Shown: piece by piece, positions 52,285 to 64,000 of the stretch | Numbering within the stretch: position 1 is the stretch's first letter | How the letters are laid out: each line of letters begins with the position of its first letter | From: Chrysomallon squamiferum | Lineage: Eukaryota; Animalia; Mollusca | DNA: 64,000 nucleotides | Direction of reading: 5' to 3' | NCBI GenBank assembly: GCA_012295275.1 | Contig: CM022673.1 | Location: forward strand, 22,072,001-22,136,000 | Program-made: the position numbers and the translations under genes | The notes under the pieces: generated by a model | The model's database searches: none | Told to the model about the DNA's origin: nothing | What the model saw: the letters and a program-made list of their open reading frames with translations, nothing else

Positions 52285-54362
52285 ATGATTCTATTTCAGT
52301 GTTGTTTTTACTTGCTCCATGGATTATTATTTTGGTTGATACTCATGAAAATTTTATCATGGTCGAAAAATAATGAAAAAGCCAGAAGTGGTGCTATAAT
52401 AATAATAATAATAAAAGTGCATACATTAACCTGCTTTTTATGACTGAAAAACTTGTATGACATTGAGATTAGTCAAATCACCGGATGTAACACGTGAAAT
52501 GAAAGAAATGTACATGTGAGAGAAATTTAAACTGAAACACTGTTGTGCAAGGCGATAATTATTTACACATAAATCAAACCTTTCTAAGTGTGTTTCTGTC
52601 GTAAGAAAATTAATTTTATTTAATTATGAACGAAAGAACTTCTTTGATGGCCGGAAAGGTACGGAAAAAACTTAATTTGTATTCAAACCACGATTAACAA
52701 CGTCCTTGCGAATAATTAAATAGTTGACAGAGGTTTAGAGATCTTCTTTCGTTTTTTTTAATAATATTCCCCGAAACATTTCGATATGTTTTGAATGCTT
52801 TGTTATATTTAAATAATGATTATTAATAATCAAAAAGATAATTTTACGAACTCTAAAAATAAAATGTATTTTTGTACTAATATTACAATTCTCTGAATTA
52901 ACAAACTTGAGATATCTTTTAATTGTGTTTGTTATCATTAGTCCAGAATCAACAAGTTAAGTGAAAAGAATATACAAAAATATAGATAAGAAAATTGTGC
53001 TTATTGAGATGTGGTTTCATTCAAGCTGTATAACCTAGTTACATTAGAACGCTCGCCTAAGCTTGCTGTGGTGAAAATGAGTTTGCTGTAAGGCACAATG
53101 TTGAGACGCAGACTGAGTTCAGGTACGAGCTTTGACATTGTCTCGTTTACATTAACCTCGTAAATATCCTAGTGCACTGACCTGACAGGTTCTAACCAGC
53201 ACTTTCCAGTTCAGTTAGCCTAATTACAGTTACACTGTTAACTCACTGTATCGAGCGTTTTTCTAATTCTAAATGTAATATTTGTATTATTACTACTTTT
53301 CATTTTTTTTTACATTATAAATATACTACTACTACTACTACTACGACTACGACAAATTATTATTATTATAGTAGTAGTAGTAGTATTATCTAGTATGTTA
53401 GCCCGAACATGGTATGAGTTTTTCTGTGTGATGTACATGCAAAATAATTGGAGCGATTTCTTTTCTCATTATAAAAACGAAACAAATAAACATGCAAACA
53501 AAACAAAAACAACAGCATATGTTGAATATGTACCAAGAGTTGATATTAATTATGAAATATTAGTGAACAAATATACTGATATTGTAAACCTACAAAAGCA
53601 GCATTATCCTTACACAGTTTCACTAACAAATATCTGTGGTGATTTACTGCGTGTTTCAGCGATACAAGTTACTCATGAATTAAACAACATCGAGGCTGGT
53701 AATTCAACAGCCATGTTAGAGATTCAGCTACGCTTACTTTGGTGATGTCTAAGCTTTCAACAATCAAAGGACAAAAGAGAACACAAATAAAGAGATCAAC
53801 TCCGGTGTCCCTGGCCTTGAAACAGCAGAGACACCAACCATCTTCACACGTGACTCGATCAAAGGAAATTCAGTCTTAGGCTAAGAAAGTATTTTTATAC
53901 ATACGTATTCTAAAATTATGTTATTTCTTTCTTTTTCTGTCTTTCTTCTTTCTTTCTTTATTGTGTAATAGTAGAATAAGTTTATGATGATTTTTCTCAT
54001 TAAGTGAAGCAAGAAAATATTTTGTTTCGTGTTTAATAACAGAATATAATGTTTTTATATCATTAGTAAAAAACGAATCCAGCATTAAGATAATGACAGA
54101 GTTCACATACCTATCTACCTACCTTCCTATCTACCTAGGTATAAACACATGTAAATATACATACACAGGTATATATATATATATATATACTCTCACATAC
54201 ACAAACACAAACGCTAACATATACACATGCTAACATATAAATATACACATACTCACATACACAAACATATGCATAGATACATATACACATATTTAATTAC
54301 TCGTACACATACATAGACCAACACATACACACACATACGTTATACTGACCCAGTATCCACAG

Positions 54363-54394
<32 letters not shown>

Positions 54395-54687
54395 GCTAAC
54401 GCACTGAAATGCATAAATTATATATATGAAATATATATAATAAAACAATTTAGAAAAAACTGAAATTAAAATATATAAATAAAAAAATAAAAAAAATAAG
54501 CAATACATTTTGTTCAAATTCAGTTCATTTAATACTGAAATTTCGAAATGCATTATCTAAAAACAAAAAGAAGGAATCTAACAGTGAGAGTTACAAGTTA
54601 CCTCTTTATTTATTGTTACTATGGGTATTAAAATAAATTATGTCAATGTGACGAAAATAAATAAATATATATATAATTATGCTGCAA

Positions 54688-54803
<116 letters not shown>

Positions 54804-55285
54804 ATATGTGCATGCATATCAGTTAGAGATATACCGAAGAGACAGAGAGAGAGGAAAGGGAAAATTTACAGAAAAAAAACAAGATAACCGAAGGTTTAGT
54901 CTCAGAAATCGTATAATTGCTTAAGAAACAAACAAACAAAATCCTCGAAATAGCACAAGAAAAGAAAAATAGCAATAATTATGTTAAGAAGAGGAGAGTA
55001 AACCAAGTCTGGTCTAACCCTTCACTGAGCCGCGGTACAACTACAGTCTTTCTTTCTCTCCGGATGAAAAAACCCAAACAAAAACAAACAAACAAAAAAA
55101 CATATCTTTTTTACTTCTTGCTTCAAGAGAAAATAATGTACTTAGAAAAAATTTACGGTTAGCTGCATATGTTATATGACAATAACATCAACATCTTTAA
55201 CCTGGAGGTCGAGTCCATTTTCTTACCTGAAAGTGAACCAGCTACAGCTCTATTCACCAGCGGATGTAACATTGTATGTACTGCG

Positions 55286-55293
55286 TATAAAAG
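55286..55293 (+). promoter_or_regulatory. Candidate TATA box of Kv paralogue B
   Basis: TATAAAAG about 265 nt upstream of the ATG, with an initiator-like TCATT about 30 nt downstream. Confidence 0.35.
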
Positions 55294-55551
55294 ATGAAAA
55301 TTGCCAGTCTGCTGTTCATTGTATTTCCTAGACGACACATATTTTTAGTACGCCACATTACAACACAGTATATATATGTATATTTTTATCACCGGTCTAC
55401 CCTGCATTACCAGTTTGTGCGAGGATGCATGCTTGAGTTTTAAAAATCTGTCATCATATAAAACGACCGACAGTTTGAGGCAACATCCACAAACAAAATA
55501 AAAAAGGGGTGAAACGAATTATGCTGTAGGAAACAAAATTTTATTTTAAAG

Positions 55552-56133
55552 ATGTCTCAAGTAAAAGAGGATCGCGGTTTGGGAAAGCAAAACATCCTGA
55601 GTGCTATTTTACCAGGAGCTCAGTACGACGAAAAACAAAGAAAAGTCATTTTAAATCTTTCCATTTCTAAAGAAATTGTCTGCTTCAACATTGGTGGGAT
55701 GAGATTCGAAACCTACCGGAATACTTTACATCGCTTGCCCAACAGTCCCCTTGCTAACGAGGAGTTCCTGCAGAAACATTACAGAGAAAATTCTCAGGAT
55801 TATTTCTTTGACAGGGATCCTGACGTTTTTAAAGCCATCATGAATTACCTCAGAACTGGAGAACTTCATTTACCGTCGTGGGCTTGTGGTGCGGCTGTGA
55901 AGCATGAACTGGAATTCTGGGGCATAGAGGAAGACGAAATCGAAGCCTGCTGCTGGAATAACTACATCTCATGGAACTCAACACTAGAGGCGCTTAGAGA
56001 ACTGGAGAAGAAACGAAATACATTTGTTTGTGACACTAATCAAGTCAGCACTAACAGAGAAAACACGAGATCGACTTTTCAGCAGAAAGTGTGGAGAATG
56101 TTCAACAATCCTAATTCATCCAAGGCAGCTAAG
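55552..56133 (+). CDS. Voltage-gated K+ channel, Shaw/Kv3 (KCNC)-like paralogue B, exon 1 (T1/BTB domain)
   Basis: FNIGGMRFETY, DYFFDRDP, and RTGELHLPSWACG...ELEFWG...IEACCW; AAG|GTAAAT donor at 56134, phase 0. Confidence 0.95.
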
Positions 56134-56581
56134 GTAAATAATATTAGATTCCTGAAACCAAATAATGATGAAAATAATACAACTAAGCTACTCTGTTTCT
56201 GGTGATAATCAGATTGACAGTTATATATGATAATATAAAGTGCAGGCTAGCGTTGCTTATATTATTTTTTCATTCGTGTTGCAGATTTTATTAGGCGTAA
56301 GGTGTTGTTTTTTTTTTTTTTTTTTTTCCCAACAGGAAAAACGATAAAATGTACTTTAAAGTAATTCTAATATTCCGTTTACTCCAGATATATATACCCG
56401 ACATTCAGATGGTAAGTTTGAAAAGTTCATTAAATAATTATAAAATTTTATAGATTCAAAATTACTACATTAATGGCATTGGAGAAACTCAAAACTGAGA
56501 TTCAAATATATGTAATTTTAAAAACCAAAAATTAGAATATATTTGAATCTGGTTTTTAATGTGTATTGATATTTGTTTCAG

Positions 56582-57397
56582 ATGTACGGATTTATATCTT
56601 TTCTCTTTGTCTGTGCGTCCATCTTCTCGTTTTGCGCAGAGACTCACGAATCATTCCAAATTCCCAAAGGTACGTCTAATAACGAGAACCTTACAGAGCA
56701 ACTAAACAACACAGACAAAGAAGAATCAGCCATGCAGACTCATCCAGCTCTCTTCACTATTGACGTAGTTTGTCTTTTCTACTTCTTGGCTGAGTTAATC
56801 TGTCGCTTCGCCTTCTCGCCAGACAAAGTGAAATTCTGGAAAATACCACAGACCATCCAGGACACGATTGCTTTGATTCCTGACTTCATAGAAATTGTCT
56901 ACCGTCTGTATCTGCATAGCTACTATGCACAGAATATCAACAACGTCGTAAAGATGTTGAAAGTTCTACGCATTCTGAGATTCTTCCGTCTGATGAATCA
57001 CGTGACTGGACTTTGGATTCTTTTCTACACTCTGAAAGCGAGCATCAAGGAACTGCTTCTCATGATGTTGTTTCTGTTTGTGGGCACAATAGTTTTCGCT
57101 TCTCTTATCTATTTCGCAGAGAACAGTCAGATTTTCAGCAGCATTCCACAGTGCTTCTGGTGGGCTCTTATCACCATGACTACAGTGGGATATGGAGATA
57201 TGTATCCAGTAACTAAATGGGGATACTTTATCGGATCCTTTACGGCCATAGCGGGCCTAATAATGATTGGCTTCACCGTCCCTGTGATGGTAAATAACTT
57301 CCTTCTGTACTACACTCACACCATCTCCTCACTAGCCAGAGAGGAGAAACGAAAACTGAGAAAGAAAAACCGCGCCAAGCCGCCACTTAAAGCCTGA
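56582..57397 (+). CDS. Shaw/Kv3-like K+ channel paralogue B, exon 2 (S1-S6 and pore); joined protein 465 aa
   Basis: tgtttcag acceptor; S4 KMLKVLRILRFFRLMNH; WWALITMTTVGYGDMYP; TGA at 57395-57397; same intron position as paralogue A. Confidence 0.96.
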   Translation: MYGFISFLFVCASIFSFCAETHESFQIPKGTSNNENLTEQLNNTDKEESAMQTHPALFTIDVVCLFYFLAELICRFAFSPDKVKFWKIPQTIQDTIALIPDFIEIVYRLYLHSYYAQNINNVVKMLKVLRILRFFRLMNHVTGLWILFYTLKASIKELLLMMLFLFVGTIVFASLIYFAENSQIFSSIPQCFWWALITMTTVGYGDMYPVTKWGYFIGSFTAIAGLIMIGFTVPVMVNNFLLYYTHTISSLAREEKRKLRKKNRAKPPLKA

Positions 57398-59066
57398 GTG
57401 TTGCTAAAATGATGGAGTAATTTCCGCCGATATTTTCGATTCTTTAACACATTAATTTCTGTAACATGAATTCTTCATTAGGCAAGGTAAACTAATTATA
57501 AATTCTATAACTCACTTCACAACAAAAACAACGACAAAAATACAACAATTACGGTGGAAAATCTTCTTCGTTTGAACTTGTTACAGACTAGTAATGGACG
57601 AAGATGCTGCTGTAAATGCTAAACGCTGTTTAAAAAGTTTCAAAAACTTTATTCTAACACTCCGTGGTGATATATGATTCATCGAACATATCACATTTCT
57701 ACCAGATAATCCAGTTTGGACATTCACAGTTTACTATACTTTTGTTCCTATGTTGTTTTTTTTACACTAAGACTCATTTTTATGTGCAAGACTGTAACAC
57801 GAATGAGATGTCGTAAAATGTATATATTTTTTACACAGATAGACAGACACATCCCTGTTTAGGAGACTGTAAACAAACACATATATCATAAACATTCCAG
57901 TTTATTATACAAAAACAACACATACGCATTTATTAATACGTCTATACAAATAAGCACTTAAACAAACTATTACATACATAAATATACAACATATATATAC
58001 ACGTACATACGTACAGATATTCATGCCTGCATGAATAAAATTATACATATATAGTTTAGAAATGCACCTCCTATATGATCTTAAATCAACAGTAAAACGC
58101 TAACAAAGTATCTAATGTATTATAAACTTTAAAAAATTCATAATAATCATTTACTTTAGGTTTCCTATATCGACAATGAGGTGGAAGATAATTTCAGTGA
58201 TGGAGAATAAGAACTGTAAACAAATTAATTAACAATTCAGTGGTTCTATTTTTTAAAATAAAATCTTAATAATTTGTTTTTGTTTTAAATAAGATTTTAA
58301 TTATACTTTGTCACTCCTTTAATGCGGTATTTATATCACTCCTTTGTCATGCCACTCCCACCATTGTTACTCGAAACAGACCAGTAAAAGTAGATAACGA
58401 AGTATTTAAAACGTACTGTATTTTATCTGGGCTAGGGTTAACAATATATATATTCACATAACTCACTGTTTTCTTTTCAGTAGTATTATCAACTAACGTG
58501 TAGTGATTTAAACAGTCAAAAACCAAATCAAGATATTAGAAACATTTAAAATTTACTAAAATAAATTATATATATATATTTATAAAATATTTAGATGATG
58601 AAAATATGTAAAACATAAAATATTTGTTCAAAAAGTTCTTTACAGTATTTAATCATCTGTTAACTATTAAATTAATTCTGAATTAGCAAATAAATAAAAA
58701 TAAACTAATTATCGAGTAAATAATTATATATTAAAATAAATAAATAAACATAAATGACTTTTTTATAAATTGTGGAGAAGGTGAAAAACATTCAAACCTT
58801 TGAAATATATTTAAGATAACTGAACACTTTTACTTATTTATTTATTTATTTATTATTATTATTATATTATTATTTTATTGCATTATATTGTATTTTATTG
58901 CATTATATTATGTTATATTATATTATATTATATTATATTATATTATATTATATTATATTATATTATATTTTTATTTGTTAAATGGAATTTGGGAAGATAA
59001 ACGAAACAATAACTGTTTTCGTAAGAATTAAACTAAACTGTTTATTAAAAGAAAATTATCTAGTGT

Positions 59067-59121
<55 letters not shown>

Positions 59122-61506
59122 TTCACTGGTTAAAAAATATGATATTGCAAAAAATATTTCTTCATGTTTTGTGAATATATAAAACGGCAATCCGGAAAGA
59201 GATGGATGGTTGCATTAAAAAGTAATTCTGAGCAAAACAGGAATAAAAATATCTAGTTATAATAGTAATAAAAAAAATTCGACAACATTGTTTATTCAAG
59301 GAAAAAATAAGAAAGAAGAAGTATCTCTCTCGCTCTCTAAAAAAAAATATATATTAAACGAAAATCGCTAGCAAACATTAAAATTTATGTAATATAAAAA
59401 TATCTGTCACCCACTGAAAAATAGTTATAAAAATGCTATTCAAAAGCTTCCAAAAATGCTATTAACATTGTGAATTCACTATTTAATTCTCAAAAAGCCA
59501 TTAAGTAAATCAGAATATATAAAAGATATTCGCATCGAAGGGAAAACAATTCTTGATTCTTATACCTTGAAAATATTACCGATAATGCGTCTTTAATAAA
59601 AATTAAATTCCACACTTACTGCTGCACTGCTGGCACTGTAAGGTAAACAACTCAGGGGGTCTATGAAGCTACACCTGCGTTCTTTTTCTCAACTTGTAAA
59701 ATCCATCACAAGCCGGAAGCGTTCAAGTGCAGCCAACCGGATAGAAAAGGCGTGTGTAACGTTTATGACTGATCATCTAAAACGTTTCACTCGGCAACAC
59801 TCTCGTTTATGGCAAAGATCTGACTGAGAACAAACGATGGAGATAAAAATGAACAACTGTATGAATGAGCAGATGAACGAATGAACAAATAATAAATCAC
59901 TAAGATAAAGGAATACATAAACGAATAAATGAATTAATTAACGAATGTATAAAGTAATAAGTATGAAGGAATAAATAAATATATAAATAAAATATATTGT
60001 TTTGAACTAACGATTTTAATTTTTTCAATTTTTTTTTTTAATGATACGTCACGGTTCGTTGTAAAAAAGTGCATATCTATATATAAACAACTAAATTAAT
60101 GGGTGGAGGACGAAACATTCTTATAATGTTTTATACGTTTTTAGACTGACAGTTATTAACTTTTCATAAGTATCTCTATTGATGATACGTAATCAATTCA
60201 GTATAAACATTGGATGGTTCAAACATTGTGTAGAACAAAAAAAATATATATAATGAATAAAAATAGATTTATGTTATATTCTAACAGCAACTAACGTCTC
60301 AGATATTTGTGTTACTAACATGATTAAGGTTGTGGTTGAGAATAAAACGAATAAAATAAGGATTTTCTGGTGATGGCACATATCTTGTTTAGAAACAAAC
60401 GTATGTTGGAATGACAGAATGAACCAAATGATATGTGAAAAGAAGAAAACGAAAAAACGAACGAATTAAGATATAATCAAATTATGTCTGTATGTGTATT
60501 TGTGTCTGTGTGTAAACATGTTATATCTGTTATTATACGATATTTTTTGTTACCCATCAAAACATCTAAATTCATTCATACTTTATTTATTTATTTATTG
60601 GTTTAGTTAACATCTAAATGCTCTTTTATATTACATATCGGTTATTCTAAAATCTAACAGTTAAATAACAACAAAGACAAAACACTGGTTTCTCAAATAT
60701 AATAGGTTAACAACTTTTAAAAAAAAGATGTGAAATGTAGAATATTGTACCTGTACTAGAATTCAACCCTCATCAAGAGAAGTAAACTGAAAAAACCTAT
60801 GTCTTTTTATATACGTTACAATCTGTAGAATATCTAAATATTTGAAGCAATTTACACATAGCCAAAGGTTTCAGTGTAATTTCTCGACACATTACCTGAA
60901 ATGAAAGATCCATTCATGTAATGTTGCTATTGTCTTTTTATTAATGGCAAATAACGTTAGTAACAGAGATAGTAATTGTAGTAGTATTAGTAACTATAAT
61001 AATAATAATAATAATAATAATAATTATAATTATAATAATAATAATTATAATTATAATAATAATAATAATAATAAAATATGTATTACACCCGGACGTAAAA
61101 TCCAGACATTAATAAAATGAATAATGGAAACAAATTATCCTAAAAGATCTGAAAATGAATTAAAGTTTCGCTTGTTAGGAAAATTAACTTAAGAAACTAT
61201 GTTTTAATTTTACTGAGATTGTATTTAGTCTAGCTACTTGCAAAGTTATATACAGTATATGTATTAGTATTATATATCTAATATGTAATAAATAAATGAA
61301 TAAATAAATAAATAAATAAATGTAGTTACAAATCCAGTAGAAATAGTAATACTCTAAAGCAGTGTTTTTAAGATAACGTGTACCTAACATTTAAAAAAAT
61401 CACGGTAACTTACACTCTCAGCCAGTCAGAAAATCAACCAATCAGTTTGTCTGTCTGTCTATTACCAACTTATAAGGCTATGTTGTTTTTTTTGTCTGTC
61501 TTTTAA

Positions 61507-61871
<365 letters not shown>

Positions 61872-62161
61872 ACAGTGATTCGTTCGATTTATGCACCATG
61901 CTATCTCTCTTTCTGTTGATCTTCTGTCTATAGTGGATGGTTATATCTGTAATAAACAAGTTTTCAAATATTTCTATTGTTTTAATTGTTTTAATTGTTT
62001 GGATTAATTCTATTTCTATTCCCTAGCAATGCAAAATCGTATTGTAGTGATATTTTCACACTAAAGACATTTCTTAACATGTTCATATTCATTACAACTC
62101 GCCACTGAGCAAACAGTCAAATCAGGAAACAACAGTTTGCATGTAAGTAAGTAAATATGTA

Positions 62162-62237
<76 letters not shown>

Positions 62238-63537
62238 CTAGCCTTCATGTAAGCATTTAGATTTCATTTATTTCATTATAAGAATTACTCTGCGAACAGT
62301 GAGACACAATTATATTATTACCTTAAATAGTTTAAAATATGCACGATTTCCTATTTATGCATCACTACTTGATCATGTACTTTACTTAATTTTGTATGTT
62401 TTTACTAAACACACTTGATTAGTAATAGATAAAAAGGAAAATTTAATTTTTTATATGTACTTCATGATTAAGAAAGACTCGACTCACAAATATAAAAATA
62501 TCCGCTTATGTGTGTGTATTTGTGTGTGTGTCTGTGTGTGTGTGTGAGTGTCTTTGTGTTTGTGTTTGTATCATTATGTATATACTTTAAAATACTAAAA
62601 TATGCATTCATTGATATTTTTGTCGAAACTGACATTATCCAGCTCTGTCATTAACACCAGTTTTGTATATCGAGCACTGCGTTGAATTAACAATCTGTAA
62701 CGTTTACTGTAATTGTTTAGAATGATTCAAGGTTCTACAGCTGTGCGAATGACACGACTGTCGTTCATTATAACCATTATCAAACATTTCTTTTATGATC
62801 AGAACCATTAATATTTAATATATTGTTTTAGAAATAATAAAAATAGTCTGTTCGTTGGCCTCGTTCACGTGTCATCGTTACTTGTGGTAAACAAACGAGT
62901 TTGCGTCCTCTGCAGACTGTCAGTTGGCTCGGCTGTGCTGCACTATCTGACAAAAGTTTACACTTTTTTGTATTCACTGGTAAGTCTTACATTTATTTAT
63001 TTTATTGTTATTTCGATCGTTATCTTTAGTTATTTATACATTACATTTACTGTTATATCTATTTTCTGTTTTTATAATAGTTATGTTTTGGGGGTTTTAA
63101 AATAAGTGTTTCGCTATTGCTAAAGCTCCACTATGACTACTACTACTTCTACTACCACTACTACCATTACGACTACTACCATTTCTGCTCCTACAACAAC
63201 TACTACTACAATTATTAGTACATATTTACTATTATTATTATATTATTATCGTCGTAGTTATCATCATCATTATCATCATCATTATTAACAAATTAAAAAA
63301 TAAATATGACGAGTGTAATTTAAAATTTGTTAATTTTTTTTTATGAATGTCTGTAAATTCTCAAACTGTATTTTCAAAATGGTTTTACAAACGACGAAAG
63401 TATTAATTTCTTATAAACATCAATTGTTGTTCTAATGTAATGGACATTTAACTCTATTCATAAATTCTAGAATTAAGAGTCCTTTTAAATTTCTAATCTC
63501 TTTTCTTAGGAATGATTGAACATTTACGTATACACAT

Positions 63538-63754
63538 AAATTAACTATCGTAAAGAACTATCATAAATTAACTAGCGTAAATTAACTAGCGTAAATTAAC
63601 TATTCTAAATTAACTGTAAAAATTAACTAGCGCAAAGTAACTATCGTAAATTAATTGTATTAAATTAACTATAAATAAACTATTGTAAATTAAATATTGT
63701 AAATTATAGTAAATAACTATTTTAAATTAAATATAATAAATTAACTAACGTAAA
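63538..63754. repeat. Degenerate ~14-bp minisatellite (consensus AAATTAACTATCGT / AAATTAACTAGCGT), about 15 units
   Basis: Tandem aaattaactagcgt and aaattaactatcgt variants read directly. Confidence 0.9.
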
Positions 63755-64000
63755 TGGAACAAATGAAGAAACAACATTTATAATTTTTAGTAAATTTTAT
63801 AGAAAACTGAAATAAACAATTACGACAACGTATGCATTATATAAAATCACATTAAAAATGTAAACGAAAGGAAAATAATCTATGAATAATTAGAACTTCG
63901 TCCATGTATATTTTAAAACGTTGACGTTTTGACTATTATTTTGACTGCGTAGATCAGAATGACGTTCTGCACGTCTGATTCTTGGTGGCTGACTGAGGAA

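Noticed and set aside
53395-53745. 116-aa ORF between the Kv genes
   Set aside because: No domain, low-complexity start and intergenic-like composition.
59663-59827. 54-aa ORF MKLHLRSFSQ...RKRSS...
   Set aside because: No hydrophobic signal core, splice support or homology.
63538-63754. Short repeats superficially like a CRISPR array
   Set aside because: Units are contiguous without unique spacers, in a eukaryotic context with no cas genes.

Overview
AT-rich, microsatellite-dense eukaryotic DNA with spliceosomal GT-AG introns; gene content and repeat types suggest a lophotrochozoan, probably a mollusc (inference). Supported content: (1) the last coding exon of an unidentified plus-strand gene (323-457, ends in the PDZ-type motif SQV); (2) a complete 7-exon PEX10 on the minus strand (5064-10081, 297 aa); (3) a 3-exon gene for a 68-aa secreted peptide with a 6-Cys mature region, head-to-head with PEX10 (11170-13954) and largely missed by the ORF track; (4) a chain of three small phase-1 exons (32881-35817) encoding a prohormone-like C-terminus ...KTKR-VFGNSGW-GRK*, predicting an amidated GWamide heptapeptide, whose own signal exon I could not find but which joins in frame to exon 1 of the 6-Cys peptide gene; (5) two tandem 2-exon Shaw/Kv3-family K+ channel genes (47318-52029, 55552-57397) that both lack the first proline of the S6 PVP gate, suggesting regulatory subunits. 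Also present: a decayed LINE fragment, probable SINE and hAT fragments, an inverted dispersed repeat pair, a perfect 52-bp-arm palindrome, a minisatellite and many microsatellites. All gene models were assembled by hand from splice signals and need RNA evidence.
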